Assembly (NCBI GenBank): GCA_002633005.1
Contig: NMRA01000278.1
Coordinates: forward strand, 112,048-176,047
Direction: 5' to 3'
Length of the DNA: 64,000 bases
Origin: Phoronis australis
Taxonomy: Eukaryota; Animalia; Phoronida
Below the pieces are notes generated by a model that was not told the DNA's origin, searched no databases, and saw only the letters and a program-made list of their open reading frames with translations. Each line of letters begins with the position of its first letter. The stretch's first letter is position 1. Both the position numbers and the translations under genes were made by a program. This document shows, piece by piece, positions 38,298-51,392 of the stretch.

Positions 38298-38704
38298 ATG
38301 GCAACTCGCAATCCCGACTTAGAGGAGAGCTCATCCGACGAAGACTTCGCAGGTGGCTCGTTTAGTGTCACAGGCTATCAGTTCGAACCCGAATACTGTG
38401 ATGAAGAAATACTAGAGAGACGCAGTGAAAAAGCTCAGGCAACGGAACGCGTGAATAGTTAATTGATAAGCCGGCATTCGTCAGACACTGTCGACGACTG
38501 CAGGCCACACACATGGAAAAGTTTCAAGGCCTCATATGTGCTATTTACAGCGTACTTTTCATTCTTCACTACCGCGAGCCACTTCCTAAGCACTGCGGAT
38601 TCTCGAGGAAGTCGAAAAAACGATATACCCGCTGTCCTTGCAGACCTGTTCAGCAAAAACACAGCCAAGCTTTTAATGGATAACCAAATAGTGTACAACT
38701 TCAT
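38298..38704. mobile_element. KolobokP-like relic: convergent acidic YQFEPE ORF start (+) and THAP (-)
   Basis: + strand MATRNPDLEESSSDEDF..GYQFEPEYCDEE; - strand AGISFFRLPRESAVLRKWLAVVK..HVCG. A TTAA+AGGAGTATGCC terminus lies upstream at about 37309. Confidence 0.5.
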
Positions 38705-38784
38705 ATTCCTGACATTTTTCGAGATACACTCTTCATTCTATTCGGTAAGTAAGTACATTTAAATAGGTAAAGTAAGTAAAATGT

Positions 38785-41480
38785 TTATTTTACATCGGTT
38801 TAGAGTAAGTTAAAAGCAAAACAGGAGAACAAGTGCTAGTGACCGATATAAAATGAGAAATAAATATGTAGAAAAGAGGCAGAAGAGCTATGTAAAGAAA
38901 GTGTACAAACATAAATGACTTATCAAGCATCAAAAGACAGTATTTGACAGCGTAGGCACTGTAGGCATTCACAAACTTGGCGTATATGGCAACTTAACTC
39001 ATTAATAAAGGTATTGAGATCTTGGCAACATGTTATACATTCAGGTAACTTGTTCCATAATGATACTCCCTGGTGGTGAATAGAATTAAGCCCACGGGAT
39101 GTAGCGGTAAACCTTGCAACACACTGAGTGTTTTCCTCCGTACCTCGTAGGACAAACCTTTGACAGCAAAACAGTGGAATGGGCAAAGGCCTATTTGGTT
39201 CATATGCATAAAAACAGCCACCGCGAGACATTGTAGCCTTTTAACAAAAAGCGACTGGTGGTCATCGAAAACAAATTTTAAGGCCCGATAATGAAACCTT
39301 TCCATTTTCTGGCTTTCTGAACATCACAAAAGTGCCAAACAAGAGGACAATAATTAAAATATGACCGAATAATTGCATATTGAATCTTCAACTTAGTTTC
39401 TGTATCCAATAAATGAAGCAGGCGGAACAAGATCGAAACAAATTTTGCTGCTTTGGCACAGAGGTTGTCCACATGTTCACATTTACAGATAGTGTGCACA
39501 CGAAACAGTTCAACAGAATTCTCACAATTAATAATATTCGTGCCAAAGTAATGAAATTTTTCGGAATCGCTGAGTGTATCTCTACTAAAAGGGACGGCAT
39601 TGATATTTTAAATATTGGCAAACATATGATTATTGTCAGAGCATCTCTTAGCCTCATTTGCGGAGTTTTTCAGAACAAGTCTGATTTTATCCATAGAGCC
39701 GTCACAGTGTACAAGTGTATTGTCATCTGCGTAATTGTAAAGCTTGTCATCAAGTATATAGAAAACATCATTTATGAAAACAATGAATAACAGGGGACCC
39801 AGGATAGAAATTTGGGACACACCTTCAGAAACAGGGTGCCAATTGCTGTAAACATTTTCACTTTTAACTCTCATTGAACGCTGAGACAAATAGGAGAGTA
39901 GAAAAGAACATGATTTCTGAGAACAACCATAGGCACCAAGTTTCGATACCAGTAAGGCATGGGGAAGGTTGTCGAAAGCTTTTGGCAAATCAGTTAAAAG
40001 GCATTCCGCATATAGCTCGCGGTCCATGACTGATCTGAGATCGTCAGTGAGCCTCAAGAGAACATCTTCACAACCAAAACCTTTCCTAAAGGCACCGAGT
40101 TTTTTGTTTACCATTTCGTCAAATCTTTACACAGAAGTCTTTCAAAAACTTGATTCACAGTGGATAATATACTGACAGGCCTGTAACATGCCATGTCCAA
40201 CTTGTCACCTTTTTTGAAAACAGGAGTTATCTGGCTGAGCTTCAGAGAAGAAGGATATGTGGACAGTTTGATGTAACTATTATAAATAGGGGTGAGGTGA
40301 GTAGCCAGTACGTATGCACCAAAGTTAAAAACCGTAATTGCTGTACTCACACTGTGGTTTCAAATTTGTCTCATTGGTGTCACACAGATCACATTTCACG
40401 TGGATTGTTCTTCTCGTTATCTTCTTTGGTTAACCAAAGTCAGCTTGTATACCAACTCCCAAGCCATTCATCTGGACTTGAGACAAAGTGTAGAATGTGA
40501 ACAAGACTCCGTGGCCGAGCATTCTGCACTTGAATCCGGCAGGCGGTCAGGTATCTTTCGTTACAGTGGCTCTTGCAACGTCTAAATTGAACGGTGGCAT
40601 AAGTCGTGACGGTCCTTTTACACATGGGATTTGAAGCCAACGGTGCAGAATAGTGGTGAATTTTTTTACTCTTTGACAAAGGACTCATTCTTAGTCAACA
40701 CCTGTACAAACCTTCTAACCCTCCTCCTAGCGCCAAATCCAAGTTCCACGGTTGCCTATGATTACTACGTGTACAATCACCACTGCATGTTGGGCTATTA
40801 TTGGTTCGCATTCGAGACGTCTCAGGTAAGGCAAAGGCCCGTGATGTCATGGACGGCATGACTGCTAATGAGTGCTCCCAGCTTGAAATATAGGGGGGGG
40901 GGGNCTCTCGGATTTTGGTTTTTCTGAGGCAGGCCTTTTTGCCCGCTTCGCCAAATGGGTGGCTCGTTTGAGCCCCCTGATCCCCATCCCTGCGTGCACG
41001 CATGCTGCTCCATGTCCTTTGCCAGCAGCTGTCATAACCCCGCCTATGTCTGCTGAGCCAGTCATCGATGTGTCACCGACTCTGTGTTCCTCTGATATTC
41101 CTCCTGCCAAAGCTTCTCTATAGTCTTCAGTCGTTGCCGCTTATGCCGCTCGGCTGCCCCTGTGACGGCCGACTCCGTTGACCCTTTGACTTGGTCTCCA
41201 CTGCTTTCTGGTCTTACGTTGCTCCTCTCCTCCATCGTGCACGCTCTGACTGTACCCGGAGCACTCCTGAATGGCACCAGGACAGTGATAGGCTGCTTTT
41301 CAACATTGGATTTTTGCATTTTGATCTCTCATGTACACCGTTCTTCCGAAACGAGAAGCAGCAAATTGGTCACGTCGTTATGAGTTTGTTGTTCTTATCT
41401 TGGGTTTTTGCGTTTCATATTATACTGTTTGCTGATTGCATGGTGTTCAATAAGTACTCTAACTGCGATACGTAGGGGCC
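38785..41480 (-). mobile_element. Decayed, internally deleted CR1/L2-group LINE
   Basis: ITPVFKKGDK..YRPVSIL; AFRKGFGCE; TDLPKAFD; GVSQISILGPLLF; YNYADDNT; FNYCPLVWHFC; AATAAA tail near 38785. Confidence 0.88.
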
Positions 41481-41736
41481 TACTTGGAGAAGTAACCACG
41501 CCATTGTGATCGTATTGTTGTCTTGTACGGAGCCTGGCCTTTCGACTTCCGGCATTGAATAGTACTAGTTATATTCTCTAATAAAGCTCCTAGCTAGTCT
41601 TTTATCTTAATTATTGGTGAAGCCTCATTTCAAGAGTGAGCCATGGAGTTGGGGTGTCGACCTAATTCAAATATTCCCACTAATCGATCCGCCATCTCTG
41701 GGCTGGTAGATAAGGTACATGGCGTCAGCACAGCAG

Positions 41737-42108
41737 CACTGAACAGTTAGGCTGCAGCCACTACGAACAGTTAGGCTGCTGGCACACTGAACAGTTAGGC
41801 TGCGGCCACACTGAACAGTTAGGCTGCGGCCACAGTGAACAGTTAGGCTGCGGCCACAGTGAACAGTTAGGCTGCGACCACACTGAACAGTTAGGCTGCT
41901 GCCACAGTGAATAATTAGGCTGCGGCCACACTGAACAGTTAGGCTGCGACCACACTGAACAGTTAGGCTGCGACCACACTGAACAGTTAGGCTGCGGCCA
42001 CAGTGAACAGTTAGGCTGCAGCCACACTGAACAGCTAGGCTGCGGCCACACTGAACAGTTAGGCTGCGGCCACAGTGAACAGATAGGCTGCAGCCACACT
42101 GAACAGTT
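41737..42108. repeat. 24-bp minisatellite, about 15 copies
   Basis: Unit cacactgaacagttaggctgcggc with point variants. Confidence 0.95.
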
Positions 42109-44130
42109 GCTGCTGCACGGGGCATCTAGTCCTTAGAATTTATGTACAGGGCTTATGTCAGGTTTGGCAGGTTGTTCGAGGAATTTGTTGAAAGCATATG
42201 CCAGGAAACTGATTTACTTGCGTTTTCGAATGAGGAAAGCCAGGTTTTTTTAGCCGTGACCTACTTTTGATACAAAATGGTGGCTGTCATTTACTTTCAA
42301 CCCTTGTCGCTTGCTGTCCGATTTCAGGTGGCTGTCGGACAGATCAAAACTGCCAAAAAAGTAGCTGGTAAGGGGCATACTACGACCACAATTTCATAAT
42401 TTAGAGAGTGCGAGCATTCTGAATCTGCAGTCGGATATTTCTTAGCGCTCGGAGGGAAGTGGCAACTTTGGGGAGAAAAATGTCAAATTTGGTGTTTTAT
42501 TGGTAATATTTTTGTGTGCCGGGATTTTTTCCGATGTGAATTGACAAATTAAAAATCTGCAGCGTAATTAAGTTTCAGTTATCACAAGTTGTGTTTTGTG
42601 GTTGGAATGCTACAAAACCCCTTGGTTTTTCAGACACTCGATTAGCACGTGAGAAAAGAGCCCATCTCTACCTCGGTGTGCGTCAGCAGCCAAAAGCCTA
42701 GAGTAACTGTGGTGTGCCCCATTAAGATTCACAATTATTTAAGAGACGTAGAACACACATTTCGACTGCTAATAAATTCAACTATTCCCACTAATCGCTG
42801 CGCCACCTGCCTACAGACAGATAAATTACATGACTGCAGTAAACGGCTCACAACTTGAGACTGGACAACAAATGCACATTTCAAATAATTGAAGTATTGG
42901 CACTAATCGCTGCCTACTTGCAGGCCAGTCAGTGGCTCTCGTGTCTTATCACAATGCTTGTAATTCAGATGGCGCTACAACTGATAGAATTCAGTAGTTG
43001 AAGTAGGTGAATAATTCAGTAGCTCAGGGCTGGATAGATTGAGATGGCTTGGGATTAGTTGGATTCAACTAAAATCAACTGATTCAGTTATAAGGTACAT
43101 GTACATGACGTCATCGACGGGCTCTTCAATGTTGAGATGTTTTGGGATTAGTTGGATTCAACTAAACATTTGACAACAGATGGCAACTGACGTGATGACT
43201 GGATACAACTTGTGACATTTGACAACAGACAGCCACACGAGTGCTTGATCAGTTAACATTACTAGGGAATAAGTTAAATTCAGCTAAGCTATATTGAAGG
43301 ATAACAGAGGGCGTGATGGTGAGCGGATGAGCTGAGATAACGTGGGATTAGTGGGTACAACTAATATCACCTAAACAATGTTGATGGACAACAGAGGGCA
43401 TTGTGATGGCAGGTGAAGTTAAGAGAAATTGGTACTAGTTGGGTACAACTAAACATTCGGGCGCGTATGACAGAAATATGTGACATGAACTAAAAAATAT
43501 ATGGGAAAGAAAACAAATGGCCAGACAAAACAATAAATGGTCAATGGAATACGTGACTTTATGAAAACAGTTACTCCCCAGTGGACAATAAATTCTACAT
43601 CTACGTAAAGTAGTGGCAGTAGTTATTTGTAATGCGGTGGTGCCGTCACGTAGTAGCAGTCGTGACTAGGGCGTGAGGTTTTGCAACATGTCCATGTAGT
43701 TTAGTGCCGGCCAAGACTGCGTGTACAGCTAAGGTTGGTAGTATCTCATACAACTTTATGTAAACTTGTCTGTGATTTAAGTTGCTATGAACAAAGAGCA
43801 CTATGTTTTTGTAATTGTATTGTCATAGATAACTCACTCTGCGTGCACAGTAGTGGGTTCTGCATATTTACAGATAGAGGGCCTTTGTAACTTAAAACTG
43901 TATACACGTGAATTTGAAAATATTGCTGTGAACACCAAGCGGTTGTATTGGTTTTTATTATTTTTGTCGACAGATTCCTGGTATAGATGGCTCAGTGTGA
44001 CAATATATATGTTCTGAGCTAGTAAGCATGCACTTTCTATCCTTTAATACAGGCATTGAATGAGCGTCAACCAGTTGTGCATTTTCAATTCTAATTGTCA
44101 GGTGCACTTCGACTGTATAATTAGTAATCA

Positions 44131-44967
44131 CATCATTTTTTTGACCAAAGTACTGTTAGAAAACGGACAATTGCCGCACAAATAAAGAAGTTCATGTTTA
44201 CGCAACGTTTCGTCTATTCAACAAGACATCATCAATTCAATGGTTACCCTCTGATTGTTTGAATAGCTGTAAAAGGCACTTCCTTTTAAAAATGAATGAG
44301 GCAGATAAGGTAGCTGTTATTGGAAACGAGAAAAAGAAAGTTTTCTTTTCTCTTGGTTACACCGGGCCAAGCAGTATAAAATTGAAACGTCAATTATCTC
44401 GCCTTATTCATTGCATAGACCCAGCCGTTGAACTGATAGTTGTTTTCAAACCTCTTCGGAAACTTTCCAATATGCTTTGTGAACTGAAATCACCTATCCT
44501 TTTATTAAATAAAAGCAATGTTGTATAAGGTTGAATGTGACAACTGTAAGGAATTCTATATTGGACACACACAGAGACTCCTCTGTGACAGGCTGAAAGA
44601 ACACAACACATCCGACAAAAGTAACATTTATTTGCATTGTATTAGCAACAACCATCAAGCCAATTCAGTCAGTATTAGTGTAAAGAACATGCTAAGGAAT
44701 TACTGTATATCAAAGAGTCATTGGCCATTCAGAATCAGCGTGCTACTGATTCTCTCAATAACATGCAGAGCTCAGTGACCCTGCAACTATGGTGATGATC
44801 CGCTTAATTTCCCTGTATCTCTCACTCTCATTTCATCGCATGGATGTGACCTGAATGGTAATCGACATTTGTTGTCCATATGTACGTATCGTTATGATGT
44901 CTTGTTGAATAGACGAAACGTCGAGTTAACATGCACTTCTTTATTTGTGCGGCAATTGTCCGTTTTC
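44131..44967 (+). mobile_element. 5'-truncated Penelope-like element (GIY-YIG) with an inverted terminal repeat
   Basis: NVV/YKVECDNCKEFYIGHTQRLLCDRLKEH..HCISNNH. An inverted repeat of about 78 bp (44157-44234 vs 44894-44970) and a 13-bp TSD taattagtaatca (44118-44130 and 44968-44980). Confidence 0.85.
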
Positions 44968-46288
44968 TAATTAGTAATCAGTGCTTTTGCAGATGTTAAA
45001 AATACTGTCACATTTTACGATATTTTGATTTTTGCCTCCCGATTCACTATAACTCCCAGTACGAATTTTTGCAAATGCCCATCTGAATTTCACACATTCT
45101 TATGCCATACCTCATCTAACGCAAAGGAAGAACAAATACAAAAGAAGAGAGGTAACTTGTAAAGGATTTAAAACTGAAGCAACAGAGGCTTACTCGTGAT
45201 CAACGGCGGTAGAAGAAATTATTCGTACCGTTGCTACGAATAATTTATTTATTTCTGTTTCTGTTGACAAATGCTGTTATTATATCCAAAAATTTCAGTT
45301 GATCCATTATTGTTGTTTCATTTACTTATATATATTCTATATTTCGTCAAACAATAGTATCCTTGAGAGGATCTGGATCGCTTCATTTAGTTTCAGATTT
45401 ATTTTCTTCGCTGCTGTCTTCAATTGTTGCATGCATTGCTGATTACTTTGTCAATATAATTCTTTATATCATTTATTTGGTTTTATATTCGACGAACACC
45501 AACGACGTTACAACCTGAGCGACAATCGTGACTCGGAACTGTGACACTTTGTACACTTAGTTTTACTCAAGCAAAATTTGTTTTGGTTACGGTACTGAGC
45601 TGTTTTATTACCGTATCTCAATGTGATCCAAAACATAAAGAGCATACAATTAACAGCAGACGAGAGAAATAAGGGACAATTTGAAATGATGAAATACGGT
45701 TTGACCCAATGGCTTTGTTTCCGCGGGTTAATGAAATGCTGATGGAGTTCAGATCTCGCTGTGCGAGAGGTTTCATGAAATTCCAAATACCACGAGTTGA
45801 AGGGTTATGGTCAATCCTTTTCGTATAATTGCTTTGTTTGTTTTCCTGAAAGCTTTTTCTTGGGGTCAGTGTGTCAGACTTTGGCGAACTTAGTGGGCGC
45901 TTGTTTTTGTTTGATCATTCAGAAATTTTTGATTTGTTAATTTTTAAACGATGAAACAATTCCCTTGATCACGTTCTTGGTGTCCAACATATTCCGTAGA
46001 AAGATGTTCTTTCAGCAACTTTGTGGTCAAGACTTAAAACAAAGATTGAATTGAATTCCAGCTTCTAGGCCTAGTTCGTAGACTACAAATAGTTTTAAAA
46101 CATTGATTTCCATAAAGTATGTACGCACTAGTGTTCGTTAAGTAAGTCCAGTATTCCAACTAAATCGCGTAGCACACTGTTGTAACACTTCGGGTATTTT
46201 CATTGCCCGGCTCAGATTTCCGTCAGAGATGCAGGATTTAGTCATACCAAGGAGATGTACACTCCTTGGTCATACGTCAGTCATGCAA

Positions 46289-46860
46289 ACTCGCTGGTTC
46301 CCTGCGTGCCGCTAGGTGGTAGCCAGCATGGAGGTACCACTTAAAATTTTCCTCTGGAATTTTTTACACCGGCGTTTCTGATTAGCTGGTCGAATTCTTA
46401 ACAGGCAGCGCTTTACGCAAAAAATTAGCATGACTTATGGGGGGAACTGTAAATGTGGTCTGTATACAGACAAATCGGTGCTTAAAGTTCATGTTCAAGG
46501 AATGCAAATCACATAAGTTGTGGTTGCGCCTTTTTGGAGTGCATATTTCTACTGCCGCTGACTTTTGTTTACGTTGCTGTCCTGTATATTCACACCGTAG
46601 GAATGACACACCAGTTAAACCGGCGTGTTTATTGTCGAAGGGGTTTCAGAACCATCCTTATTTTACATGCGTGTGCTTCAAGTACGCGGCTTTTAAATAT
46701 TACTGCAGAAACGAAATAGTTTCCGAAATAGTTTCTGCTACGACACTTGACAATGCTAAAAACGTTCGTTAGTCCGCCATTTTCATCAACCAATGATAAA
46801 GCTCTTGCTATTGCGTAATACCTGCTAGCTGTCTCGGCAGCACGCATGGAACCAACGAGT
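46289..46860. mobile_element. MITE-like element
   Basis: Inverted ends actcgctggttccctgcgtgccgc / gcagcacgcatggaaccaacgagt. Confidence 0.45.
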
Positions 46861-47031
46861 CATGCCAATTGACTTATCGCCAGGATTATGACTGACGATT
46901 TAATTGACTAATCAGAACGCAGCATTCTTGACACACCTTCGTCCGCGTTTGCAAGCCTCCATTTTACCCGACAAACAACACGTTGTCGTGTAAAACTTAC
47001 TTTAGTCTATGGCTCACGGGCGACAAGAGTA

Positions 47032-47210
47032 GTGAAACTTTGTTTATACGGCGTATGTAATCCCGATAGCCGTTATGCAGCTCGAGAAGAATATCCCGTC
47101 ATTTTTGGGCATCTCCTAAGCCTAGAAGTGATGTCAAAAGGGCAGCTGAACTTGGCAATGTTGCTTGATTACTCGAAGGTTGAACACAAATATATTTGTT
47201 CCAGGAAACG
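47032..47210 (+). pseudogene. Degenerate THAP domain (transposon-derived)
   Basis: VKLCLYGVCNPDSRY...PKPR...HKYICSR. Confidence 0.5.
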
Positions 47211-50200
47211 CACGTTTCAATTTGGTCGCTATACATGTAGTGTAGGCCTACCTGATTTTGACTACGGAGTTTCACTGGTTTGGCCTCCTTTGTATCGGCA
47301 AATGCTGGAGCTCGCCACTAGTGTAGCGGAACTCCCCGGAAACTGTTGTTTTTAAGGAAAATTTTAATTTTCTTTTGTTTTGACCCAATGGATGTCATTT
47401 TGTTTCATAGTAGAGATAAACTTTTGTTATTCACATACCTGAAGGCTGGTGTCATCTTTTGCCATCAATACCACAGTCTAGTGATCATGCTACGCATAAA
47501 GTAAGCTGAAAGCTACATAGCTACCTTTATGCAATGAAACTACAAAAATGCGAAGTTTATCAGAAGGTAGGTCTTATAGGTGCGATTACGACCAATTCCA
47601 TTCATTAATTTGGCTTGGGCACAGTCCTAGACCTACAGGAACTAACTGCTTGCTTAGCACAAAATGAGTTTGTATTTGAGCAATGAACCTTAATTTTAGT
47701 TTTTATAATCAAAATATTTCGTACGAATATTTGGAAATGCATAAACTGCGCTATCGACTCGGTCAACTACTCGGGGAGTCCCACCAGTTGTGACCTAATT
47801 TTCTTTTGGCGGAATTTAACACTGAGACGACAGTATAAAAATATCGGAGAATCTTCACTGATTTTGTTCGAAATCTATGGCGTCGTAGATAATTCGACTT
47901 TCAGGTACGTAGTACCTAGCTTTACAGGAACATATCGCATCAGTGGCCTTGTCATTTGTCAAGTGAATTCTTTGGGTTTTGGCTGGCTCTGAAATACTTT
48001 TACTCGAATATTTCTATTTTCATCGTCGCTTTTACAAATTCCCACATCATGAACGTAGGATTCTCTGCTGAAAAGCATCGCCTGTTGTCTTTGTCGAAGC
48101 GTTTTCAGTTAGTGCAAAAGACACTCATCGATTCCACCAAGATCGTAGTTTAGCGACAGTGTATTTGCCTCTGAAATCTTTGTTTGTCGAGTGTCACGTG
48201 ACTTTTCGCAATTGGGCGTAGCTTGCGATAGGTCAATTTCAAACTAGAGAATGATTGGCCGTATGACTGAGGTTTGCACATGCGGAAATAACCTCCTAGA
48301 GAAATCCGAGCCGGGCTACGAAATACCGAGGTGTTTCGGATGGTATAAGCATCACGGTCTACCATCTTTGAACAAAGCATTCTGCAATCTCATTCAGCAG
48401 CAACTCCATAATCATTTGCCAAAGAACAAATCGAAATGCTGGTTGGAAACTATGTTAAGTATGCAGAAATGAACTACGCCAGTCTTACTTACGTAGTTGC
48501 ACGTTTATCTGGGTCATGCTTGCTTGGAATATGGTGCATGGATTTGTTGCATGAGATATACAAGCTGTTGCTTCCTCAATTATTGATTTAGATGCCGACT
48601 TAGTGAGTTGCAACTCATCATCTTGTGTGAAGAGTCATTTTTCATTTATCCGTTAGTCAACACTACCCTCTGCCACAGCGCCACCTATTCTGGATCCCAA
48701 GCCAAAAGACAATCAAGTTCCTGACTTTATTGACTTCGTTATTTGGAAATTCAGGTGAGTTGACTTGAGTTACTTTCTTATTTATGAAGGCCGTAGAGAA
48801 TATGCCAATCCTCCATGTGTTTGTTATTTTGAAATTTAACTGTGAACAACGAATTATTCCAAGTAATACGAAAACAGGTGTACAGTTTGTAGGAAACGGT
48901 TTGCAACAGTGCTCCCCATTTAAGAACTTATAGGTGTTACCGTTACTGAACGGACGTCAACGTGTAACGAAAAGACGACAGAGATGGTGATACCAAACAG
49001 ACCTTATTGTTGCCAGGATAGTAGTTCGTAAATCATTCGATAGGATGGCGCCACCGACCACGCAAAGCAGTATTGGTAATATTTTGGAATCCATTGTGGA
49101 AGTTGCGTAAATGGTAGACGGCGTGTTATTGAATAAACTAAGTTTATTGGGTGTTACCAGCTTCATTTCGTCGAGAAGTATAATTTAGCGCACACAAAAT
49201 GCAAAATTAGTTGAAGGCCGGTTCTAAGGGTCAGGAGTACGAAATGAAATATCCTTAACGGGGAATATTCCAAAGAGACGATAGCCGAAGGGCCCATAGC
49301 TCGAAAGACCGATAGTTCGTAGTTGCGATATTCCTTAGCTCTCATATATATTTACCGTTTTCACAGATTCGGTAATCTCTTGACTGGCTTAAACTTACTA
49401 TCACAAAGCCTGATTTCTAACAAATTGAAAAAAAACATTGAAATAGTCTTGGATAAAAGGAGAGGATTCTACGAAGTGACACAAATGTAAACTTCGGAAT
49501 GACAGTTCCCGAGGAAAAAATTCTTCGAAGATTTTTAAAATGTCACAATTTCTCACGAAATTAAATGACAGATGAGTACAAAATTTTATTTCACCGTGCA
49601 TGCAGATATTTAACCCCATTCCCCTACGTTTGAATCTGCGCCTATATTCGAAATCAGGCGCATACACCTATGCGCCCATCAGTTGTAAAGTCATGCTTGA
49701 AATTGATGCTGTGGTACACCCCTTCATTTAAAAAAATACTCACTGCTATATGGCTTGCTGAATGCAGTGACGGTTCTTGTAAATGACACATGAGGTCGCT
49801 CAATACGCCAGGCCTACTTTAGGTGAGCATGTTCATCCAGATTAAGCATTTACGTTTTGTTTTAAGTTGGAAGTTGTAAGGTTCTGCTAACAGCTATGGG
49901 AATTTCCAAAAAAACTGCATCCATTAGAGAGCACTTATTCAAAAGATGAAATTTGCATGGACCGGATTTTAGATGGCTTTTAGTGACTTTCATGAAAGTG
50001 AGACTTTAAAGTCAAACGTGTATTTATACCCAATATTTTGAAGTTTTTGACTGAATAGTAACTTTTGCGTTTGCGACGATGAATATGCTATGGTGGTTAA
50101 AAATGTCATTGTTCAAGTTACTTGCTGTTTTCTGTGTTAACGGGATAACAAAACACGTTTCCACCCTTAATGGAATGTTATTCCAATAACTTGCCTAGTA

Positions 50201-50512
50201 ACGTGTTTCAGGAAGAACGCCCTTAGCCGTTTTTCAAAAATAAAACACTCGGTCGTAGCGCTCGTTAAAGCAGGTTCTGGTTTACATTACAACGGAAAAT
50301 TAAAAAAACTTAAAAGACAAAAAGGTCAAATGACATTGTTTGGAAGAGGAATCATAAGATAAACTCAGACCATTTCACCAAAATCATTTACGCCCACTTT
50401 GATTCCGCGGGTTTTTTTTCTATAGCTCATAAGATTAAAAACTGTTCTGATAAATGACATTTTATCGTCTTGGTATACTTTTCCATTCTAGTCTGTAAGT
50501 GGTAGTTAAACT

Positions 50513-50719
50513 TTATAACCGAATGTAAACATACCTTATAACCGAATGTAAACATACCTTATAACCGAATGTAAACATACCTTATAACCGAATGTAAACA
50601 TACCTTATAACCGAATGTAAACATACCTTATAACCGAATGTAAACATACCTTATAACCGAATGTGAACATACCTTATAACCGAATGTGAACATACCTTAT
50701 AACCGAATGTAAACATACC
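50513..50719. repeat. 23-bp minisatellite, 9 copies
   Basis: ttataaccgaatgt(a/g)aacatacc repeated 9 times with no spacers. Confidence 0.97.
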
Positions 50720-51392
50720 TTTCCTTTTCGATGCTCTTGATATCACATCCACACGTTGTAACACACTTCAGCCATGTTGCTAGGCAATCTCAAAAAACCA
50801 AAACTTCTCCCATCAACCTTCAAGCATATCAAGATGACGGCGATTATCAAAGAGGTCTATCTGTGCCCTTGTTGCGAAGCCCAGTCTTCGTCACAAAGTT
50901 ACTCGACCTCATTTTCAATACTGTCATGAGCCATAAAAGATCAGAGCTGTCTAATCTCTAGAGGTAGTCTTAAGTTTTTGTGTACGCTAAGTTCTCGAGT
51001 TCTAGAAGTGGACCAGATCCCGCGTTTCAACTGGAGTGTTATTCAGTCGGGTTACAAAGCCTGATTTTTATGTTCAGCTGATTATGATACATCGACTGAT
51101 CTCACCTTTGATTGACCAATAAAGAACCAGTTGTCAGATAGTGTTCACCAGACTCTAAAGCTAATAAAGGCCGGATGCGAGACAAACTCGTAGCTGAGCT
51201 GGTCTCGCCACCTGATGATTGGATCATTCTAAAGTCTCCTTTACACGGAACAATGTCACGAAAAATTTTAGCGTTCTGCTGTCTTGCTGGTGGAACGAAT
51301 ACGTTTACTTGTGAAGAAAAATAACTGCAAACTGGCCAGATCGCCTCGTCCACTTGTTGGTTCTCCTAGAACTTGCCGTGAACATCGACGAT

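Noticed and set aside
41667-42125. 152-aa and 112-aa Cys-rich repeat ORFs (CGRSLTVQ)n and (WPQPNCSV)n
   Set aside because: Open frames are a by-product of a 24-bp minisatellite; no convincing splice sites or signal peptide.
50513-50719. Possible CRISPR array
   Set aside because: Head-to-tail 23-bp units with no unique spacers, no cas genes and a eukaryotic context; it is a minisatellite.
51102-51353. Possible minus-strand host exon ending AG|GTGAGA
   Set aside because: No recognisable domain, no clear acceptor and no supported link to the ShK exons.
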